A stretch of DNA of 63,178 nt, filler included. It is 8 parts of 8 records of this genome, joined end to end, with 100 filler letters (N's around TTAATTAATTAA, not from the genome) between each part and the next. Parts side by side here need not be neighbours in the genome. Positions count along the whole stretch, not along the records: positions 57,949 to 63,178 come from SRR31147125_76173; 7 more parts are not named here. One strand, 5' to 3'. The first letter of the stretch is position 1, and each line of letters begins with the position of its first letter. The notes below the pieces were generated by a model, which worked only from the letters and a program-made list of their open reading frames with translations, ran no database searches and was not told the DNA's origin. The translations under genes and the position numbers were made by a program. Of the stretch, positions 61,074 through 63,178 are shown piece after piece.

Positions 61074-63178
61074 ATGAAGGAGTTTTACTACAAAGTATTT
61101 ATTGGTCTGTTTTTTATTGTTAGCTCGTTTACTGCTGTTGCTCAGCGAAGTAGCGGATTAGCCGTTGAAGGCAACATTACAGTTGAAGGAGCCTCGTCAG
61201 AACTGGCGATTATTGCCATGTATCGCGACGGGCAAAAAATGGACAATTATGGAGTTGATGGCGATGGACGTTACAAAGTTGAATTACCATATAACCATAA
61301 GTTTGAACTCGTTTTTCAGCACGAAGGCCATTTTCAGCAAAAAATTGTAGTTGAAACAGCGGTGCCTAAAAATGTGTTGGATACCGATCCTCGTTTTCCT
61401 CCTTTCCCTATAAATATTAATCTGTTTGCAGAAATTCCGGGAATTGATAAATCATTCTCTGAAAATACAATTCTAAAGATTTTTTACAGCCCCAGTGTCG
61501 ATAATTTTGTGTCGGAATTGTATTACAACGATGCGCAAATAAAAAAACTTATCGAACAAGCTGTGTTGCAAGGGCAGGTGGTTGATAAGCGCGCCGATTA
61601 CATGGATAAACTTACCCGTGCTGAACTGGCAGAACTTCGAAAAGAATACAATGAACTTTTAGAGCAGGCCGGAAAAGAGTACAGTGGTGAGGAATTTTTG
61701 GCAGCACTGGATGGGTATAAAGCCGCAAGCAAAATTTTTTCAAACGAACAGTTTCCGAAGGATAGAATTGCCGAAATTAACGATTTACTTGGGCTGATTA
61801 TGGCTGCCGAGGAATTGGATAAGGCAATGTTGGAACGCTTTAATAAGTTGGTTCAGCAAGGTGATTTGGCCTTAAATCAAACCAAATATTCCGATGCAAA
61901 GAAATCGTACGACAGGGCACTTTCGATAAAGCCCTTCGATGAATATGTACACGGACAGCTGGAAAAAATTGCAGACTTACTTCAGAAACAAACACAGGAG
62001 CAACATTACGAAGATTTAATAGCCAAAGGTGATTTGTCGATAACCGAAAGGTTATACAACGAAGCAATTGGATTGTTCGAAGAGGCATTGGAAATTAAAC
62101 CAAATGCACAGTATCCGAAAACAAAATTAACAGAGATAAATAAGTTACTGGCAGAACAACGCGAAGATCAGGAACAGAAAAAGAATTACGAAACTGCTAT
62201 GCTTGAAGGTGAACGGCAATTTACAAAGCAGTTTTTCGACAGAGCCTTAACTTCTTTTGAGTTAGCACTACAATATAAACCAAACGATATTAAAGCCAGT
62301 CGTAGGATTGAGGATACGAAAAAGATAATGAAAGACATCCTTGATCAGATGGATTACGACAGGTACGTTTCGGCAGGCGATAAGTCGTACAAACGAAAAG
62401 AATACACCGAGGCTTTGACAAATTACGAACAGGCACTTACCCTTTATCCTCAGAAAGATCCTCGGATTAGTAAGCGCGCCGACGAAATACGCGATATTCT
62501 ATATAAAGAAAAAAGTGTTGAAGAGTTTATTGCACAGGCCGATGAGCAATTCACAGCAGAAAATTATCTGGAGGCCAAATCGTTATACGAAAGAGCTCTG
62601 GCGTTAAAGGCTGGTAATAAATATGTGTCGGGAAAAATAGAAGCCATCAATAAAATTATTGCAGAACAGGGAATTGATGAGCAATACAAACAAATTATTG
62701 CAGCAGCCGATGATTTCTTCAATAAAAATGAATATGAAGCAGCAAAAGTCAAGTACAATGAAGCACTGACTTTAAAATCGAAAGAAAGTTATCCGAAAGA
62801 TAAAATTGGCGAAATTGACAGGATATTTATTGATTTGGCTAACACTAAAAAGGAGTATCAAAATGCCGTTGCCAAAGCAGATGGTATGTTCCGTCAGAAA
62901 AAATATGAAGAAGCAAAAGTGGCATTTTCTGATGCAGGAAAAATTAAACCGGACGAAACTTATCCGGGCGAAATGATTCAGAAAATTGATAATTTAATTG
63001 CAGAACAGGAACGTTTATTGGCTGAAAAGGAAGCAGCCGAAGCAGCTCGACTTGCAGCCATTCAAGCTGAAAAGGACAAGAATTATACGGATGCCATTAC
63101 CAAAGCCGATGAATTATTCAACAATAAAGATTACGAAGCAGCACGCAGCGAATACCGCGTTGCACTGGATGTGAAACC
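61074..63178 (+). CDS. Large secreted TPR-repeat protein (3' partial; absent from the ORF track because it has no stop in the window)
   Basis: MKEFYYKVFIGLFFIVSSFTAVAQ signal peptide, a beta-sandwich-like N-terminus, then repeats of the type Y..AI.KAD..F..K.Y..A...Y..AL..KP.E.YP..KI. Confidence 0.85.
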   Translation, partial: MKEFYYKVFIGLFFIVSSFTAVAQRSSGLAVEGNITVEGASSELAIIAMYRDGQKMDNYGVDGDGRYKVELPYNHKFELVFQHEGHFQQKIVVETAVPKNVLDTDPRFPPFPININLFAEIPGIDKSFSENTILKIFYSPSVDNFVSELYYNDAQIKKLIEQAVLQGQVVDKRADYMDKLTRAELAELRKEYNELLEQAGKEYSGEEFLAALDGYKAASKIFSNEQFPKDRIAEINDLLGLIMAAEELDKAMLERFNKLVQQGDLALNQTKYSDAKKSYDRALSIKPFDEYVHGQLEKIADLLQKQTQEQHYEDLIAKGDLSITERLYNEAIGLFEEALEIKPNAQYPKTKLTEINKLLAEQREDQEQKKNYETAMLEGERQFTKQFFDRALTSFELALQYKPNDIKASRRIEDTKKIMKDILDQMDYDRYVSAGDKSYKRKEYTEALTNYEQALTLYPQKDPRISKRADEIRDILYKEKSVEEFIAQADEQFTAENYLEAKSLYERALALKAGNKYVSGKIEAINKIIAEQGIDEQYKQIIAAADDFFNKNEYEAAKVKYNEALTLKSKESYPKDKIGEIDRIFIDLANTKKEYQNAVAKADGMFRQKKYEEAKVAFSDAGKIKPDETYPGEMIQKIDNLIAEQERLLAEKEAAEAARLAAIQAEKDKNYTDAITKADELFNNKDYEAARSEYRVALDVK

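Overview
The window is not one locus. It is eight unrelated contig fragments joined by seven artificial 100-nt spacers (N44-TTAATTAATTAA-N44): 1-11298, 11399-17033, 17134-31156, 31257-38049, 38150-45442, 45543-50658, 50759-57848 and 57949-63178. Gene content suggests anaerobic, probably sediment bacteria: Desulfobacterota-like for fragments 1, 2, 4, 5 and 6, an AT-rich glycan degrader for 3, a deltaproteobacterial or Myxococcota-like organism for 7 and Bacteroidota for 8. Taxonomy is inferred only. Many genes are split at homopolymer runs, which looks like long-read error. The best leads are: (i) a KamA-family radical-SAM protein made of one intact copy and one catalytically degenerate copy, tightly linked to a signal-peptide-less M23 protein; (ii) a chlI/chlD-type chelatase gene split by an A10-G slippery site, a candidate programmed frameshift; (iii) two tandem lipoproteins built from a cysteine-stapled YD-like repeat, each preceded by a related terminator/promoter module and lying downstream of a non-flagellar LPP20/FlgT/FecR operon; (iv) a stand-alone TtrS-like binding protein paired with an unusually long chemoreceptor; (v) a sulfatase/BNR-propeller/FAD-oxidoreductase/SSS glycan locus that includes an oxidoreductase-propeller fusion; (vi) a phasin-like module with PhaR-like operators. 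I found no rRNA, tRNA, CRISPR array or transposase. All family calls come from motif recognition by eye, without database searches.
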